Part shown: positions 20,759 to 35,039 of the stretch, piece after piece
Position numbering within the stretch: the first letter of the stretch is position 1
Layout of the letters: each line of letters begins with the position of its first letter
Source: Podarcis melisellensis
Taxonomy: Eukaryota
Assembly (NCBI GenBank): GCA_964234715.1
Contig: OZ174292.1
DNA: 64,000 nt
Reading direction: 5' to 3' (one strand)
Position numbers and translations under genes: made by a program
The notes under the pieces: model-generated
What the model saw: the letters and a program-made list of their open reading frames with translations, nothing else
Database searches by the model: none
What the model was told of the DNA's origin: nothing

Positions 20759-23700
20759 CTTTAAGGGATCCAAGCTAAGAAGGCAAACATCAACAGCATC
20801 ATCGCAGACACAGCAGAGGAAGCTCCAAGCATTTTGCTGCCCAGCTGCCACTGAGCAGTTGGTCGAGGGTGAGCAAGGGATCCAGGTGTGTGTAGGGATC
20901 CTGTGTTTTCCCACGGGCGCCCTAAAAGTACTGCTCACCACTTCAGTTGCCTGTGCAGCTAAGTTTGCTCTGGCTTCGGCTTTCAGTGAGAGAAGCTCAC
21001 GGCAGCCATTGGCCTTCCCATGGTAGAAGGAGACAGGGAACGTGATTTCGGCAAAGTCACCCGGACGTAACATTTTCATACTGCACTACCGTCACTTCTA
21101 TTTATGTAAGTGCAAATCTGTACGTTTCCCCACATCATGTAATACAGAGATACATCCCAAGTTAAGATCGTGCTAAACAAGAATAAACAAAATGTTGTCA
21201 AGAAAAGCTGTGAGATCTCATGCGGAAAAAACATTTCACAGCATTTTACAAACTACGTAGGTGCGGCTAAAAAAAACAGAGCATTTCCAGGTGGCCTGTT
21301 TATTGAGCATTCATCCTAATTCCTTTGCAGGGGGGTTAGATGACATTGGCTATTTAAATAGCATTTACCTGCAGGGAGTTAAATGATGTTGTGTTAAAGC
21401 AAGCGTTATCCCACTCTGGTTTACAAATCAGAGTGTTGGACTTGGAGATCCAGATTCAAATCCAGGCCTTGAAGTGATGCTACCTCACAGGGTTGTTGTG
21501 AATATAAGAATGGGAGAGACTTGTGTATGCCCCCTCAAACTCCTTGGAGTAAAGAAGTTTGGTATAATTGTACTTTTTTTAAAAAAAGAAGAAATGAAAT
21601 GAAAAGAAAGAAAACTGGGAGCGGGGAGGGAAGATGGACTGGAGTGTCCTAAACAGAAGCCTATGAGTAAAGTAAAAAAAGAGAAAAACTATTATAGCAA
21701 CAACAGGCATATATTTTCAAACCAGGTCTCCCCCAGAAAACAAGTGGGGGTGGGTGGGAGAGGAGCATCTGATCTAAGCAGCATGAAATTGCACCTATCC
21801 CTCTCCTGCCCCACCCCTGGGTCGTGCGCAAAGAATTGGCAGATCAAAGCTGGCAGCTTCTGCGGTTGCACTGCTTCTGCTTTCTCCCTTCCTTGAAGGT
21901 TACCGAAGAGAGTCACAAGGGCCGAGGGAGGGTTGAGTCATTGTGGATAAATAGGGAGACCACGTCCGTCCGGGAAGGAGAGAGAGAGGGAGGGAGGGAG
22001 GGAGAGATGGTGGTGTGTTTGTGTGAGCACATAGTTCTTGCTCCCTCTTGCCTGAGGGTTGCACAGCCAGCTCTGCCCGCCTTCCCCTCCCCAGTCTGGA
22101 TAGCCTGCTCCTCCTTACAGGATGCTGGGCCCCCTGCCACAACTCCCCCAGTTCTGTCGGTCCCTGCCTACGGAGCAGCCCTGTGGTTATGCTCTCTGGG
22201 ATCTATGTGGGGCACTGTTTGACAAGGCAGAAGGATTGTGACTGCAGCCGCTTCCAAACTCACTGCTTTTTTTTCTAGGTAGACATAAATCACATGCCAG
22301 CAAATTTAGGTTGTGCAGTTAAGAGCAGATTTGGCTCTGTCTCGCAGCAAACGGCACTTTAAAAAGCAGCCGCCACCGTGGAATTGTTATGGTAAGAAAA
22401 GCGGTGGGGAAGTGGACTGGGATGTGTTCTAGTGTGAGATAACAGCCATGCCAGGTGATGTCATACAACCTCTGAGAGTGAACACTCAATAAGCAACAAC
22501 ACTGCATCACATCAGCGCAAAATTTTGTCCAAACCAATTAAAACGAAAGCTCAGTATAAACTGTGATGCTGTATAAGCTCTGCACATTTCCCCCCCCCCC
22601 CCGGAAACGAATCAGGATGAATGCTGAAAATACAGGTTGTCTGGAAAAGCCCTCTAAGATCAGAAAGAAACTCAAGGTCTTGCAGGATTGCTCATTGCAG
22701 GGACAGAATGTGGAATACTGCCAACATGAGGCACCCCTGTGGAATTCCCCTTAGGAAGGTTGGCTCTGTGGGTGGATTTTTATATATCCAGGTTCTGAAT
22801 GCCATTTTTGTAGTCGGGAAGAAGGCATTGCCTGGGGTCTGCATTCTTCTCCCCCACTCTCATCTGTTTCTGCAAGCTGGTTTTGTTTGCGTGCGCTTAA
22901 AAAACTTGCAAGAACCATCTAGCCAGAGAACAACAGTGCTAGAAAAGAAATAATTGAAAATGTTGCATCTTGCACACCACCTTCGGATCTCTTTGGAAAT
23001 CCATTTCCTTGCCAGTCCAGGATTAGCTAGTAGATCAGGCTGTGCATGCGTTATCCTTCCCCTTTCCCTGTAGCATCTAGCTTGGCTGATTTGTCTGCGT
23101 GATCTGAGTTTACAGGCACTGCGCTGCGGTGGACCTGCCCTCTGCATGCAGCGAGCGGTGACTGAATGATCAGATATCATCTCACAGTTGGGGGAGCTTG
23201 TGAAGTTTCTAGGTCTCTCTGGAAGCCACTGCCTTTCCCTGCAGGACTGGGAGCCAAACCCCATCCACCTGGCTTCCATTTCCCCCAGGAATACCTGGGA
23301 ACCCAGCCACATAGGCCTTGCATCCCTTACAGACAACGCTTCCTGCTCTGATCAGACAACCCATACCTTCCCTTCCCTCAATCCAGATTTTATCTCACAC
23401 ACCCTTTTTCAGAGTATCCCTGATTTGGAGAAGAATGTCATATGGAAAATGGAGAATTAATGGAGGCACAGGAAGCACACCATCCCCATTAAACGGCAGT
23501 ATGGATGAGCCCAAACTCTCTTTCCAGCATCTGGTGGAAGTAGAGAGAGAGGGATAAGGCTGGTTGCTTCTGTAACAGCTTCCTGCTTCTCTAAGCATTC
23601 CTCTTCAGCCAACTCAGCCACCTGGCTGTTGCCCTGAGGCCAGGGCTGGCCCAATCTAAAGAGGTGTGCCCCAAAATTTCTCACAATGTGGAACCACAGC

Positions 23701-24789
23701 TCAGCAGTCAAGCACATGACTTGTTTTGAGAAGAACCAAACGGTTCAGTCACTGGCATCTCCAGTGAAAATGATCTCGGGTAGCAAGGCTGGGAAATACA
23801 CTTCTCCTCTGCAGCCCTTGGACAGGGACTGCCAGTTGGAGAAGATAATAATATTAGAGCCACCCGGACATGTGCAAGCCCATCAGAAGCTCTGGTACCC
23901 TAAAAGGCAGCTTCATTTCATATGTTTATAGGGGCAGCTGGGGTTCAACCCTTGGAATGCAGTCAATGGCGCCTCTCCAAAGTACTGCTGCCCGCAAGCA
24001 ACCGATTGTGCAGTAGGGCCCCATCCCAGGCGCCTCTCTGTACGGTGACGATGGAGCTGTCTGAGTAAAAATAACTCTGGGGTTGATCGGTTTTGTGCTG
24101 CATGGCAGACAGAAAACATGGCACACGTTTCCAGGGCCCTGCCAGGTCTTGGCACAGGGACTGGGCAACGCTGTCTAACCCAGCAGGGTATCCAACTTGG
24201 GCCCAGTTATAGAGCCTCTCCCTTTATTGGCACCCTTCAAAAACAGTGCTCTTGCTTGGGAAGTGCCATGGTGTATTTATCCGTGGTTTTTTGTACACGT
24301 ACATTTTTGATCGCCTGCCATTTTTCAGGCCAATCTGTTTCCTCTGTGTGCCCCCAAACACTCCCTGCGTCCAGCAAGTGTACTGTTGAAACTGTGTTCA
24401 ACTGGCCAGATCTGCAGACAATGAACACATGGAGGGAGGAGGGTGGGATTCCTTCTCCTGGCCCCACCCCACCCCAATCTTCATCACCAATGTTCTATAC
24501 AGAGCCTACGTGCGTAGAAGCTGTATCCTGTGTTTCTGCCGGGGTACAAACAGCGCTGACGGAAGCCTGTTCACACAGGCAGGCAGGAAGCGCAGAGGCT
24601 CCGCACGTAGGTTCAGATGAACACGCAAAAGTTGGGGTCAGCAGGTGCAACACTGACCTCCTTCCTCACACTGGACGGGGCTGGATGAACAGGCTTCAGC
24701 CATTCCATCCCCTCTGCAGGCTCACGTCTCTCCACTAGGTGGGCCTCTCACAGCTTGAGGAACTAGATGCCTTCAGGGAGAGGGAGGTG

Positions 24790-24833
24790 ATGACTTAGCA
24801 ACGGCAAGTGTTGTGCGCTGTTGCCATGGCAAA
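24790..24833. promoter_or_regulatory. ARE (NRF2/MAF) plus RFX X-box motif pair
   Basis: ATGACTTAGCA 24790-24800; GTTGCCATGGCAAA 24820-24833 (one mismatch to the X-box palindrome). Confidence 0.4.
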
Positions 24834-26150
24834 GCAACAAGAGCAAGTGTGCGCTGCTCCCCTTGTGCCAAACTCCACCCAGCAGTTAAGAGATGCAGGT
24901 GACCTGCACGGGAGAAAATCGCTTGTACAAATATTGAGGCACAGCCAGCATGAGACGCTGCTCTCAGTTACCGTGGCGTAAATCCAGGGACTCCTGCCAG
25001 ATTTTCACTAGGTGCCCGGTCCAGTATGGGGAGGGCGATTAGGGGTGGAGAAGGAGATATTTTCAAGCAGCATGGCCATAATGAGGAAGCCCCTGGGACG
25101 CAATTGGTGTGTGGCACAGGCAGTACTGGTTAGTGGCACCCTTGGATGAGAGAAGGACAGCCCAGAATACCTGGGCAGGGATGGAGAGCCTGGGACCTTC
25201 TCAATGTTGTTGGCCTCCCAGCTCCCTTCCACCCCAGACAGGATGGGCAATGATCAGGGATGGTGAGAGGTGTAGCCTGCCAAGGCCGGCATGTAGATTT
25301 TGAGTATTAAAAGTTTAAATGTTATGCCCATGGGGGAGAGGCAGGGGACCAAGGTGGGAATCAAATGGGGGTGACTGAAGCAAGCAAGATGTCTTTCAGT
25401 CTGTGGGAGACAGAGACCAGAGGACAATCCATTCAGATGTTCTCTGTTTACAAACCACTTGTAGGTTAATGGGAACGGCTGCACATATAATTAGTATTAA
25501 CACGGCTCCTCACCTCAGGCACCTAATTCTGTTTGGGCCTGCCTTGTCAGAGTCCTGTAGGAATCCCACCAAAACCAAAGTGAGGTCCATCTCTGCCCTT
25601 CTTCTAAAAAAACATAACTTTTATTTTTTTAAAATGCCTCAGTGGTGCATTTCCTTACGCCACAACTTCACAGTGCCAGAGGATGTAACAGAAACACAAT
25701 GGTACATGCCTCATCCTTTCCACAAAGAAAACAATGACTGCTCCTACGTTCAGAATGTGTAGCCCTAGAATGACTCCCATTTTGTTGTTTTACATAAAAC
25801 AGTCCTGTTCTTTAATCCTAACCCTGGCAGCCTGCTTGAAAACAAATGAGGCTAAAACATTCCTCACTCGCAACATCCTTTAGTGAACATTTTCTTGATC
25901 CTGGAACTCAGAGAAGGGTTGCCATATGTCCTCTTTTTCCAGGACATGCCCTCTTTTTCATGGGTATGTAAAATGAGAGTCGTCATAGAGATCCATAATT
26001 AAAAGCAGAAGTTGGCAAATGTGTCCTCTTTTTCGCTCTTCAAACTCTAGAGTTGCCCACTGAAGGTGACTGGCGGTAGGCTCAGGAGGCCAGACTAAAG
26101 AAAGGACATTTCCCCACACACTGCAGAAGTGATCCATCCAGGGATCCATC

Positions 26151-26435
26151 CAGTGGATGCAGGCCGCCCTGGGTGTCACCCACTGAGGGGAGTGAAAAAA
26201 TGCCACAGCGCGCCTAAGCCACGCGTCTCTCCTGGAAGTGACACGGTGGCTTGGGCGTGCACAGGCTCCACAGTGCCCAAATGGTCCACCCACTGCCTCC
26301 CCCCCGCTACAGGGTGGCTGAGAGGGAGGAGGCAGGCAGACCCCAGAGGCCCCATGGTGCACCCCACCCCTATGGGTGGCTCGCCCTGTCCCTGGGTGGC
26401 TGCCCCAGGCGCCCAAGCGGCTTCCTCCGCCACTG
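26151..26435. mobile_element. hAT-type MITE
   Basis: CAGTGG...CCACTG ends with 8-bp TSD GATCCATC (26143-26150, 26436-26443). Confidence 0.7.
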
Positions 26436-27430
26436 GATCCATCATGCCTAATCGACAAGATGTGGTTGTGATGGCTTTAGGAAAGGATTTGGGCAAACTC
26501 CTTGAGGCTACAGCTACCAACAAATATTAGGGTGAAGGCCACTAATTCCATTCCCAAGTGCTCTCTGGTTGGAAACAGGTTGCTGAGCCAGACTGACCTT
26601 GGCCTGTTCCTGTAGGGCAAATCCTTTCCCTCTTATGGATTAATTGTTTGAAAAAAGGGACCTCTTCATGGTCCTGTGTTATTACTAGCACATCACTCTG
26701 CTCCGTAAGGAGTGTGCTGACTGCGATGTGCAACAGGGTATTAGAAGACAATAAGATGGTCTCTTGGTAAAATGCACTCATAGTCAGAAACAGTGATTAG
26801 TTGTCACTGTGGTAAACCTATATTGACCTATGTAAAGCTTCACAATGCAAGTTGGGGCTCCCATAATGATACAACCCCCCACCCACCCCAAGAAAACAGC
26901 AACAGTGAAGAAAGAGACATCTTTTGCCCTAAGGTTTCTTCAGCTGGATGAACAGGTATGCAAAGCATCAGATCTAATTACACACGCTACTTTATAGGAC
27001 GTGAGCAATATGTCCTTCGTTTGTGCACCGTCTCAGTTTTAATTGCATGTGTGCTTGTCTGAGGACCAAGACTTTAAGTTTCTTTGTTTCACATGCTTTC
27101 TTGGATTCTAGGACTTCAAAGTTATGTTCTGCCACAAGTTTTCATACTTTCCCAGTTTGAAGACACCCCCCTCCAAATAAAAAAAATACAGAAATCTGGG
27201 ACATTCTTGGCTTGCATATACAACACCTGTCCTGAGCAGTCGGTACGAAAAGATGGGTGAGATCTTGTTGAAAATCAAAGCTTTGTTCTGTTCCTTCAGG
27301 GTGTGCTTGAGCCACTGATGTAATTGCTAATTAAACAGGATGTGCAGCACAATCCTATGCACTCAGATGTATGTCCAATTGTATCTAACAGGGCTTACTT
27401 CCAGTCAAGCATGCATTTAACACCTTAGAT

Positions 27431-27753
27431 CAGGGGGCAGCAACCTTTTTCAGCTGTGGGCTGGTCCACTGCCCCTCAGACCATGTGGGGGGCCGGACTA
27501 TATTTTGGAGGGGGAAAATGAACAAATTCCTATGCCTCACAAATAACCCAGAGATGCATTTTAAATAAAAAGCACACATTCTACTCATGTAAAAACACCA
27601 GGCAGGCCCCTCAAATAACCCAGAGATGCATTTTAAATAAAAGCACACATTCCACTCATATAAAAACACACTGATTCCCGGACCATCTGCAGGCCGGATT
27701 TAGAAGGCGATTGGGCTGGATCCGGCCCCCGGGCCTTAGGTTCCCTACCCCTG
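27431..27753. mobile_element. hAT MITE family E, full length
   Basis: CAGGGG...CCCCTG ends; perfect TSD CCTTAGAT. Confidence 0.92.
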
Positions 27754-30129
27754 CCTTAGATGCACTAAAAGTACATCTTTCGGAGCTATATTTACTGCAT
27801 ATATAGCCCACATGGGTAACACAGGCACACACACAAACTGGTTAAAAACAATAATATTTATAGGAATGTGCAGCTATTTAATTTCCTCTCTAAAAGAGTA
27901 AATCCAGTTGCTTCTGACTTTGGCATTCAAAAACTTCTTCTCTAGCAAACTCTTTCCGGCGCTAGTCTCTGTCCCTAGAGCAAAAACTTCTTTTGGGTGG
28001 AGGGGGGCTTGGATTTAGCATAGAAGTGGAGTGGGAGAGAGAAATGAAATTCTTGCTATTATATAAATACCATTGTCCGACTGCCTTAGAGCCAGATCAG
28101 CTTTCGGGACCAATTCACACAATCATTCTGCAGCTGGGGCACCTGACGTGTTTGTCATATAACTAACTGCAATTTGACGTGCCAGCTCAAACTTTCTGAA
28201 GTTGGTTAAGCGGTCATAAAATAAATACGCATGCCGTACCCATGACGAACACTTCAAATGAAGCTTTGATGGCTTGGCTGGCCCAGCGGACAACTGGGCA
28301 GTGTTAATCAAGAGCAACATTGCACCGAAAACATATTTGGGGTTTGTACCACTTGAACTGACATGGCTTCCCTCACAGAATCTTGGGAATTGTAATTTGG
28401 TGAGAAGGGCTGTGAATTCTCCTTTCAAGCTCCCTCCCTTTCAGATCTCCTAGCATCCCTGGGGAAAGGGAATGACTGTTAAGCCGATGGAAGTCTGTGT
28501 TATTATAGACACGCCCCAGGGAGACTCCATAGGTGGCTGGTGTAATTCTCACGCAGTGATGTTCTGAGCACCAGACTGACTGGTGCAGTGGTTAGCGAAC
28601 TCTCTGGGTGGTCTTGAGCAAGTCACCCTCTCTGCTTTTAATCTTGCTCACAGATGTTGTGAGGTCAAAAACGCCACTTTGTGCTCCTTTGGAAGGAGGA
28701 CAGGATCAAAATTAAATACCTTCAAAGTGGTTTGCCAAAACGGTGATTCAGTTCAGGCTGGGAAGAAGTGGCCACCCATATGTTGTGGCTGTTTGATGAC
28801 GGCCACAGCCACGTGATGACAGAAATGGCACAATCAGTGGGTGGGGTTGGGCACTCGCCAAAGCCTAGGTCCATTAAGGAACCCACCAGGAGCCAAAGGC
28901 CGCCAGCTGTCCCCTTTTTAGTAAGCCTACAGGGATGCCCAGTGGTCTCCACCCAAGCTTTGCTTAGCTTCAAAAATGCTACAGAAGCGGGTAAGTTCCT
29001 GACCCCTTACTGGGCTTGGCTAGAAATCACATCCATAGAGAGCATGAACTCCAAGGTACTGTCTCAGTTCTCATGCCTCACAATCTATACATCTACCCCA
29101 TGCCAAGAGAGTTAAGTGGGTCTTCTTCCATGGCCCAGAAATTAACTGAATCCAATTCTACACAGGACTTCTGGGTCCAAGCTTGCATGTTTTGCCCCAC
29201 TTTCCCTCCATTCCATTTACCAGGAATAGAACCCACCCAGACTGGTTGCCAGTTCCTCTTCAAATATTGCCTGAATTCCCAAGCCCCAGGTCCTTGTCAG
29301 TCACAAACACTCTTTTATCCCACAGATATGGCTCAATTCCAGATAAACTGGCTTGATTTTTGTCTTGTGGAGACCACTAAGACCCACGCTCTCCAATGCC
29401 ATCACTGTATCCATCGTAATTATGGGCAACTGTTCTTCAGAGTGGAAGGGCAGAAGAAGACCAAACAATATGCAGCTTAAGAACGAATAAGCTTGGGGAC
29501 ACAAACACATTGTCAGTTGGTGTTCCGGAGAAAACCGGAAAGGTTTCGTTGTCACTTTCTAGAGAAAAGACTTCTGAGGAGAGGCTCAGTGGAGGCACAA
29601 AGATGATAATTCAATGGTGACCAGCATAGTTACAAAGACCAAATCCAACAGGTATAATCTGATGTGATTAAATCTTTTCGGGTATCTCAATTCACGGTGG
29701 TAGAGATAACCTTAGAAAAGGGAGACTGGATAGCAATGACGGGCCCAACTGGGGTTGAGGCTGATTGGGGACACACACACACACACACACACCTGTTCAC
29801 AATTGAGAAACCTGGTACTAGGGTTGCCATATTTCAAAAAGCAAAAGCCAGTACACCCTGAAAGTTCTTGAGGTTTTTTTAAGAAGACCTCAAAACCGTT
29901 GAGCCTTTTTTACACAAACCCCCAAGTTTCCCCCCAAGTACTTCAGTGCTTTAATGCCCATCCCAATTCAATAATTTCCCAGCGTATACTACGAAATATT
30001 CTAATGTGCACTGCTATAGGACCTGAAAGTGATTTACAGGCCTAGAAAAAAGATTTAATAATACGTGCCCTTTAGTGGCCTGGAGACATTGCTTGGGAAG
30101 GACATGGAAGACCAAGTGTGGAAATCGTG

Positions 30130-30252
30130 CTCGGGTGTGCGCGGCAGCAGCAGGAGGCCCCATTAGCTAAAGTGGTGCTTCAGGTTAAGAACAGTTTCAG
30201 GTTAAGAATGGACCTCCAAAACGAATTAAGTACTTAACCCGAGGTACCACTG
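30130..30252. mobile_element. Tc1/mariner MITE family A, partial
   Basis: Right half ending GAGGTACCACTG-TA. Confidence 0.8.
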
Positions 30253-30700
30253 TAATCCACTGTGACATTTGTTCTGCCCAAGACCCATTGAAATGAATGT
30301 GAGATGCCCAAAAGCAAAGTAATGTTTATACGGAACTCCCAATAATTCCAACAAGGTTTTATGTAGAAGAACTTTCCAGTGAGTCGCACATCATGTTGAT
30401 GAGTGGGCGGGTGTGTGACATTTGGATTATCCAACTCAGGCACCAAAACATTTTGTCCTAGGGCAATGGAGGATTCAGACAGGTTTTGTTATAATCAGAG
30501 AGGGTTGATTCCAAGTAATGAGTCTTGGGTTGGGCAGTTTAAAAAACACACAAAAAGTACAGAACTTTTGGCAAACTACAAAGAATGGATTCTAATTCCC
30601 CACCTCCTAAAACATTACATTTTATGCCTTCAGATCCATGCCAGTGTTATTCTGAAACTGTTAAGATTGTATCAACTTCATGACGATTTTAATCATAGCA

Positions 30701-31057
30701 AGGTAAAAAAAGGTAAAGGACCCCTGGACAGTTAAGTCCAGTCAAAGGCGACTATGGGGTTGCGGCACTCATCTTGCTTTCAGGCCGAGGGACCCGGCAT
30801 TTGTCCACAGACAGCTTGACTAAACTGCTTCTGGCGTAACGGGACACCATGACAGAAGCCAGAGCGCACGGAAACACCATTTACCTTCCCACCGCAGCAG
30901 TACCTATTTATCTACTCGCACTGGCGTGCTTTCGAACTGCTAGGTTGGCAGGAGCTGGGACCAATGGGCTCACCCCATCGCGGGGATTCAAACCGCTGAC
31001 CTTCTGATTGGCAAGTCCAAGAGGCTCAGTGGTTTAGACCACAGCACCACCCGCCCC
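30701..31057 (-). mobile_element. Sauria SINE
   Basis: Typical body; TSD TAATCATAGCA (30690-30700, 31059-31069). Confidence 0.9.
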
Positions 31058-32375
31058 ATAATCATAGCATACCACCCTTGAGGCATGTGATGTGGTTGTC
31101 TTGGGACCAAAACTGAGAGCCATTCATGTGACTTAATTTTTCGGATATGTTCATGCCTTGACCAATATGAGAGGGGTCTTCTCTTTCCTATTTTGAAATG
31201 CCATTCATCCCAGAACTGAGCATTTAATAGGACAAAATGAATGCACAGAGAGCCAAAACTACTTGCCAATTTTCAGCAACATTTTTAGCAGTCAAAAAAC
31301 TTAAGCGACCTTAAGTAAAAAAAAATTCATTATTTATTAAATTACCCTCATTTGCCTTCAGTGAGACTAATGTGGAGCCAAATCTGATTGACACAGCATC
31401 ATGATATCACCCCGTTCGCTGCATGATTCCCTCTTGGGTGGGTTCACACATGTGACTAACACAGGAAAGAAGCAGCAGCAGTAGCCGGAGGAAACGAGAC
31501 AGTGCTTTAAGAAAGTGAATATTCATTCACACAAGTAAGAAAACATCCCAGTGAAATCACCAGTTGCCACCCCAAAGCTCAAGGTGGAGATTATTTAGCA
31601 CAGCCTTGTAGTCACCGTGAGGTAGCAGCCATGACAGCCATTTGGACATTCGACCTCACAGAAACACAACCAGGGTTTCGGATCCAGATGGAAGAAGACC
31701 ACCACATAAAAATAAGCAAGTGAATTGAGCCAAAAGGAGAAGACAGTCACTGGACAAACTGCTGCTTTGTCAGGTAGCCTGTCCACCTGGCCCACCCAAC
31801 CTTCGTCAAGAGGGAGCAGCTACAAAGCACATGATTTTGAGCATCTGATTAACGGTGCTGAATTCGTAAGAAAGCCAAGCATTGGGAGCTGGACCAATTC
31901 ATGTGCTCAACTTGGTAATTACGAATTTCGGGGTGATCACTTGAAAGCCTTTCTAGGAGCACCGATCCCTCAAAACCCTTCTGAACCAGCAGGATGAATA
32001 TATATTTTAGACATCTCGACAGTCCCTTGCCACGTGGTCTTTTATTACCCAGCTCTTTTCACTGTTTGGAAACATTTCTTGACATACACTTTGTTAAATG
32101 CAACTGTTTTCCTTAATGGCAACAATTGAAGATGTTTAGCCCCCTCTCTCCAAAAAAACCTATTGCCCTGTCCTCCCCAAGTCTTCTCTAAGGGCCTGTT
32201 CTGATACTACTTTAGCCTAGAGCCTGCTCCATCTGTGTGATAGCATGCTGCATCAATCTATGTTGAATGAGGGTAGCATTGAGTGAGGTGTAAGGGTAAT
32301 TTCTGCTTGGGCACCCCTTGTCCCAAGGGAGAGAGCCTTCTGTCATGAAGGAAGTCCTCGTGCATGACCCTAACC

Positions 32376-32511
32376 CAGGCATAGGCAATCTTGGCCCTCC
32401 AGATGTTTTGGGACTACAACTCCCATCATCCGTAGCTAACAGGACCAGTGGTCAGGGATGATGGGCGTTGTAGTCCCAAAACATCTGGAGGGCTGAGTTT
32501 GTCTATGCCTG
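32376..32511. mobile_element. Short palindromic hAT MITE
   Basis: CAGGCATAGGCAA/TTGTCTATGCCTG ends and a palindromic GGACTACAACTCCCATCATCC core. Confidence 0.85.
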
Positions 32512-33009
32512 CAACCCATCTCAAACATCATGGCAGTAGCTTGGGAAGAGGCCACACAGAAGTGGCAACCACATCATCACAGTAATTTAAGCATACTCCA
32601 GAGTTCAGTTCCTTCATCTTTGCTTTACATTTTCTTTGTTCCAATCCATTTATCCCTCCCCGTCTTCTAAATCTTCTTTCGCTTATTTGCATCATTCTTA
32701 AAGCGTGGAAGGGAGGCCTCCTACTTAGACCTGACCAGCACAGAAGTATCACAGGACTATTAGCTTAGCAGCTGGTCTTTTGGTTTGAAAAAAACAACAA
32801 CAACGATATTTCTGTTCCTGCATCTCCAAATAACACCTTCCCTAGGACTAAGCAACCCCAACTAGAGCTGCAACCTGAATGCAAACTGATTAACCATGTA
32901 AGTCTCAGGTTGCAATCCTATACATGCTTATCTGGGAGTAAGCATGCATAGGATTGCACTGCTGAAATCTGCATATGGGGAAAACTATATTCCTGCAGCA
33001 AGAGGTATA

Positions 33010-33245
33010 CAGTGGACGCTCAGGTTGTGAATGTGATCCGTGCAGGATGCACGTTCACAACCCGCAGCGGCGCACACGCAGGTTGCGATTTGGCGCTTCT
33101 GCGCATGTGCAAAGCGCGATTTAGCGGTTCTGCGCATGCACGCCCACTGAAACCCAGAAGTAACCCTTTCTGGTACTTCCAGGTTTCGGCGGTCCGCAAC
33201 CCGAAAAAGCGCAACCTGAAGCGCCTGTAACCAGAGGTATGACTG
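33010..33245. mobile_element. Tc1/mariner MITE family D
   Basis: TA-CAGTGG...GAGGTATGACTG-TA. Confidence 0.85.
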
Positions 33246-34689
33246 TACTTTATTTTTAGATGATGTTGTAAGAGGAATCTTCTTAGAAGACACATTCTTC
33301 TGGTGTGTGAGCAGGACTTTGAGGCAGACATTGGGGGGCCCGCCAGCCAGCAAAAGGAGCATGACGGGATCACCCAACACAACATAGCTGGCTCACCACA
33401 TTTTGAAAGAAGTTGTGGGTGGGGGTCTAAGACTATGAAGTCCAGAGTCACTGGAGAAAAGGGGGAAAGCCTCTTTTAAGATGGTATTTGTCACCTACAG
33501 TTTATATAAACTCAAGACCGCCTTTTTAGCTTATTAACATTTTTTAATAGAATAAAACAACAACCGAACATTGCAGCTGTAGTATAAACCCAAAGGCCTC
33601 ATCTCAATGTATGCTAGACACCAGGGATTCCCTCCTTTTATATATATATATATTTAGGACTGTTCTAGATGGCAGCCATCCCAGTCGTGGTCACAGGCAA
33701 GACACAGCACAGCAGCTGCCTCAGCTGGCAGATTAAAAGTGTCAGATCTGACCCCCACGGGGGCACAATCCGTCTGGGAATTTGCCTGTGCAAGTTCCAT
33801 TAAAATGGACAGGAGCTACAAAAGGTCTTATTTATTTACTTCACAAGTCCTGGTCCTGAAAGAGGTTCTGTGACAGAGCATTGCTGAGGCAGCACCCAAA
33901 GGGCCCCAATAAATCTGGAAGAGGAACACCTCTTCCCTTTTGCTGTTCCAGTCTTCTTGGTTCTTCCCAGCTCCTCTTTATCTGCCACCGCAACATCTTA
34001 AAATCCCAGCTCTTCTCCAAAGCCATGCCTGACCCTGATCTTCAGCTGCATCCTGCCAGACAATCTCTTCAACCCTTGATCCTCGCACACCCTTGCTCCA
34101 TCCATGTTGGATGTCACGCTCTGCCTCTTTTTTAAAATGTTAGTCTAGTTACTGTCCCACCAAAAGCAACAAGTTGCAAAAGACTCGGAAGGGCAAGCTA
34201 CAAATGAAATCAGCTTTGGCACAGCAATGCTTTCAGTGGCATGTCCCTTTATACTTGATATAATGTGTAGTTTTTCCCTAAGATGCTCCCAGGCTAGAGC
34301 TGGCAGGCTGCAACTTGGATGACCAGGTGTTTACCTTTAGATGCAGCAACCAAGCAGGAGTCCAGGTGGCGGTGCCTGCTCCCTCCCTTTCTCTCCAGGT
34401 CCTTTCATCGGATCTCTTCCCCTTGCAGTTCCACAAGGCGGGGAGGAAAGGTAAAGACATGCTCCCCAGGTTGCAAACTGGCAACACCAGCTGTAGAATT
34501 TGGGTGTGGCGGAATGGGAGGGGAAGGCTCAGGAAAAACACCCTCAGTGGATCCCCTTGAGTGGATCCATTGGGATGCACAGATGGAGAATTCTTCCCTC
34601 ACATCAGCTGATTTTCTTGGATGTTACATGCATGTCACAGTGGTGCGGCTGGTTGGAAAGTATTTAATTTTTCGGTTATTGCTTAACCA

Positions 34690-34878
34690 ATGTCAAGGAA
34701 ATAAACAACTATCTGACTTTTAGAAGACATCTGAAGGCAGCCCTGTTTAGGGAAGTTTTTTTAATGTTTGAAGTTTTATTCTGTTTTTAATGTTCTGTTG
34801 AAAGCCGCCCAGAGTGGCTGGGGAAACCCAGCCAAATGGGCGGGGTAGAAATAATAAATTATTATTATTATTATTATT
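34690..34878 (+). mobile_element. L2 3' tail
   Basis: Matches the 18170-18370 tail; (TTA)n end. Confidence 0.85.
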
Positions 34879-35039
34879 AACTGAATTTACATCACACCTT
34901 TCCTCCCAAAGGAGACCAGGACAGTAGGGTTTGCTGGGTAAGGAGGCCAATGTTGAGGCTCTAGCTAGTGTTCCATCTCCCCAGCCTCTACAGTCTGGCA
35001 ATCCTATCTCGCTCCAACTACAGCTACGGTTTACGTTGA

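Noticed and set aside
24118-24738. 206-aa ORF (likewise 38155-38727 and 51867-52478)
   Set aside because: No recognisable homology or exon context; composition looks like translated non-coding DNA, in one case including a microsatellite.
34335-34490. Possible exon (minus 34490-34335 or plus 34399-34450)
   Set aside because: Splice-like signals on both strands, weak donors and no recognisable peptide; cannot be distinguished from chance.
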